A DNA stretch of 64,000 nucleotides from assembly GCA_963749655.1 (NCBI GenBank), contig CAVVOB010000013.1, positions 262,685-326,684 of the forward strand. Direction: 5' to 3'. The notes under the pieces were generated by a model. That model did no database searches. It saw only the letters and a list, made by a program, of their open reading frames with translations, and was not told where the DNA came from. Every line of letters starts with the position of its first letter. The stretch's first letter is position 1. The DNA comes from Nitrospirota bacterium (GTDB taxonomy: Bacteria > Nitrospirota > UBA9217). Below are positions 61,602-64,000 of the stretch, piece by piece. Both the position numbers and the translations under genes were made by a program.

Positions 61602-62673
61602 TCAATTTGAAGTCAGTCCCTGCGACATGGGATCTCCCGGCGCTGCCGGGGGGGAATTGCGGGAAAGTCGTGGGAGGTTGCGTTCTTCGGAGGAGCTATC
61701 GGTTCCTGCCGTTGAGAGCTCCACTAAACGCGACGTCGGCGTTGTTCTGATCAACTGGAACGGCGCCGAGGACACGGTTCCCTGCATTGAGTCGCTCCTT
61801 GCTGGTTCCGTCAAACCGGACGCGATTGTGGTCGTCGACAACGCGTCACGCGATGATTCCGCAGACCTCATATCGCAAAAGTTTCCCGATGTGAAATTAA
61901 TACGGAACCGGGAAAACACGGGCTTCACCGGCGCGAACAATCAGGGTATAAACTTGCTCATTGAACAGGGATATCGATATATATGGGTACTCAACAATGA
62001 TACGATTGTGGACACGGGATGCCTGGCCTCACTTAAGGATCACATGGAACACTATTCCGATGTGGCAGCTTGTACGGCAAAAATCTTGTATGCGGACGGA
62101 GCGCGCTTGATCTGGTACGGCGGCGCGGTCTTCAACAAGTGGACAGTCCAGATAACGCACCGCGGCGCGGGCGAGAAAGATAAGGGACAATTTGATTCCG
62201 TTGAGGATGTCCCCTTTATTTCGGGTTGCTGCCTGTTTGTCCGCCGGGACGCTTTTCACCGCGTCGGGCTGTTTGACGAACATTTTTTTGCCTATGCCGA
62301 GGACGGGGACTGGTGTTTCCGCGCACGGAAAAAGAATTTGAAACTGCAGTATGTTCCGAAGGCAGTAATCTGGCATAAAGTGTCTGCAGCAATGAGAAAA
62401 ATAAAAAAGCGATCAACGAAAGGCATGACATCTCCGTTCGTTGTATACATAACAAGTCGAAATCGAGTCTTTTTAGTAAGAAAACACTGTCAAAACGTTC
62501 TTCAATTATTGACTGCGTCACTGTCATCTGCTGTTTGGTTTGTCTATTATGGTTGCATCTTGTTGTTACTTGCTCGTTTTGATAAATTTCGCGCCCTTTG
62601 CACGGCTATTTATGATGGCATCACAGTATCTCTGAATGTGGAGAGCAAGCCATTTCATCGTTATTTACCATAG
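61594..62673 (+). CDS. Glycosyltransferase family 2
   Basis: INWN, VVDNAS, GFTGANN, LNND, YAEDGDW; start uncertain. Confidence 0.88.
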   Translation: MPDQFEVSPCDMGSPGAAGGELRESRGRLRSSEELSVPAVESSTKRDVGVVLINWNGAEDTVPCIESLLAGSVKPDAIVVVDNASRDDSADLISQKFPDVKLIRNRENTGFTGANNQGINLLIEQGYRYIWVLNNDTIVDTGCLASLKDHMEHYSDVAACTAKILYADGARLIWYGGAVFNKWTVQITHRGAGEKDKGQFDSVEDVPFISGCCLFVRRDAFHRVGLFDEHFFAYAEDGDWCFRARKKNLKLQYVPKAVIWHKVSAAMRKIKKRSTKGMTSPFVVYITSRNRVFLVRKHCQNVLQLLTASLSSAVWFVYYGCILLLLARFDKFRALCTAIYDGITVSLNVESKPFHRYLP

Positions 62674-62761
62674 GTTACTGTGTTCGTTCTTAGTTTAGCT
62701 ATTCCACATATCTCTATCGGATTGAGACGATTTAATTCGGAATGCCAAAAAGGGTAGGTTT

Positions 62762-63544
62762 ATGTCAAAATGTCTCATATGTGCAGAGCCGGCGCCTTTA
62801 GTATTTAACGGAAAGTATTATGTGAATGTTTGTTCGAACCGAAAATGCAATTTCATCAGGTTAAAGACTGATAGGGGAGTTTCCTCTCTCGACCATCCTG
62901 ATTATTATCCGGATATTGAGGGATTGCAGATAGATAGTAAACGTCCCTTCATTTCCGTCCGAGCAGAAATTGTGGCACGATTTGTAAAGAGCGGCGGAAG
63001 TATTGCGGATTTAGGGTGCGGACTGGGAGAAACAGCAATAAATCTTGCTATGAAAGGGTTTAGAGTCTGGGGTGTTGATGAATCGAAAAACGCAATTGCA
63101 TTTCTCCAAACATATTATCCAGATGTATTTTGGGCCCCCAATACGGTTTCTGACTTCTTAACCGGGCAAAAAATGAATTTTGATGCAATTACCTTATTTC
63201 ACGTTTTGGAGCACGTACACGATCCCAAACTGACCATCAGTCAAATAAAAGAAGGTCTGAATCCCGGCGGCATTGTATTGATCGAAGTCCCTGATGTAAG
63301 AGGAGGGCTTGCTCGTTTCCAAGGAGTCAATTGGGAGTATTGGCTAGACCATCACTTGAATTATTTTTCCCTGAAATCCTTGTACAGACTTATGGAACCG
63401 CTTGGGTTTAAGATCATTTATTCGCAAAGAATGTATCATTTTGGGTACCCTCAAGGGATTTTATTAAAAGACCTGATTCATGCGTCACTCGCAATGATAG
63501 GCTTTCACAGCATAATAAGAACTGTGTGGAAATATCCCGCATGA
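62762..63544 (+). CDS. Class I SAM methyltransferase
   Basis: DLGCGLG, FHVLEHV.DP, IEVP, HLNYFS. Confidence 0.87.
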   Translation: MSKCLICAEPAPLVFNGKYYVNVCSNRKCNFIRLKTDRGVSSLDHPDYYPDIEGLQIDSKRPFISVRAEIVARFVKSGGSIADLGCGLGETAINLAMKGFRVWGVDESKNAIAFLQTYYPDVFWAPNTVSDFLTGQKMNFDAITLFHVLEHVHDPKLTISQIKEGLNPGGIVLIEVPDVRGGLARFQGVNWEYWLDHHLNYFSLKSLYRLMEPLGFKIIYSQRMYHFGYPQGILLKDLIHASLAMIGFHSIIRTVWKYPA

Positions 63545-63577
63545 AATTACATTTTCAGTTGCAAATAAGCCCTTATA

Positions 63578-64000
63578 ATGAACACAACCGTTGATTCCCA
63601 TATTTTTGGCTCGGAAAGAACGCAGGCTAAACCTTTGTTTCAGGAGCCGTGGTTCAGGAATTTGTTGTCGGTTTGTGTTTTGGCTTCAATTGCGGTTGGC
63701 CTGATAACCGGCGCTTCGGCCCTCTATATGCTTGGACAATTGAGTCTGAGCCTCAGCGTTTTTTTCTCCATGATAATATTGGGAGACAGGCCGCTATTCA
63801 ATCCCGTCCAGGCGTTCGTCGCGATTTTTTACTGGTGGTTCGGAATTGCGCCTGTTGCCATAGGCGGATTTAAATGGCTTGCAGGCTCTCCTGACGAAGC
63901 CCTCGACGCGCAATCGATGGGGGAACAGGCCCTATGGATGGTTGCCCTCGGGCTGCCTTTATACGCGCTTGCCGCACGAAACATTCTTGATTGGCTCGCT
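63578..64000 (+). CDS. Partial polytopic membrane protein, possible Wzy polymerase
   Basis: Open frame MNTTVDSH..LLSVCVLASIAVGL..FYWWFGIAP.. to window end; hydrophobic; glycan cluster context. Confidence 0.55.
   Translation, partial: MNTTVDSHIFGSERTQAKPLFQEPWFRNLLSVCVLASIAVGLITGASALYMLGQLSLSLSVFFSMIILGDRPLFNPVQAFVAIFYWWFGIAPVAIGGFKWLAGSPDEALDAQSMGEQALWMVALGLPLYALAARNILDWLA

Noticed and set aside
63649-63873. 74-aa ORF near the window end
   Set aside because: Lies out of frame within the longer open membrane-protein frame starting at 63578

Overview
A 64-kb GC-rich bacterial chromosomal segment. Gene content (c7 cytochrome, heme-sensor kinase, sco-coxACDB-cyoE order, GEMM riboswitch, sigma54 promoters) suggests Nitrospirota or Desulfobacterota; this is an inference. 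It is mostly housekeeping and metabolic DNA: ispB, trpS, tRNA-Ala, tctCBA, pal, purMN, an A2-type cytochrome c oxidase operon, fadD-fadI-fadJ, rhlB, ftsB and GH57. It ends in a sigma54-led FKBP/multicopper-oxidase locus and a lower-GC, methyltransferase-rich glycan cluster. The most unusual locus is 43.3-44.9 kb: a wHTH-MNT/HEPN pair whose catalytic motifs both look degenerate, behind a perfect 15-9-15 palindrome and followed by two unannotated 18-20 aa Lys/Ala/Thr micro-ORFs with strong RBSs. Also notable: a variant c-di-GMP-I riboswitch, a candidate structured RNA at 24.1-24.3 kb, many palindromic short-period repeat cassettes (one next to a duplicated fadJ 5' end), a ~127-bp tandem array and a duplicated tRNA 3' end. 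Six +1 frameshifts are probably sequencing errors. Family names come from motif recognition by eye, not database searches.
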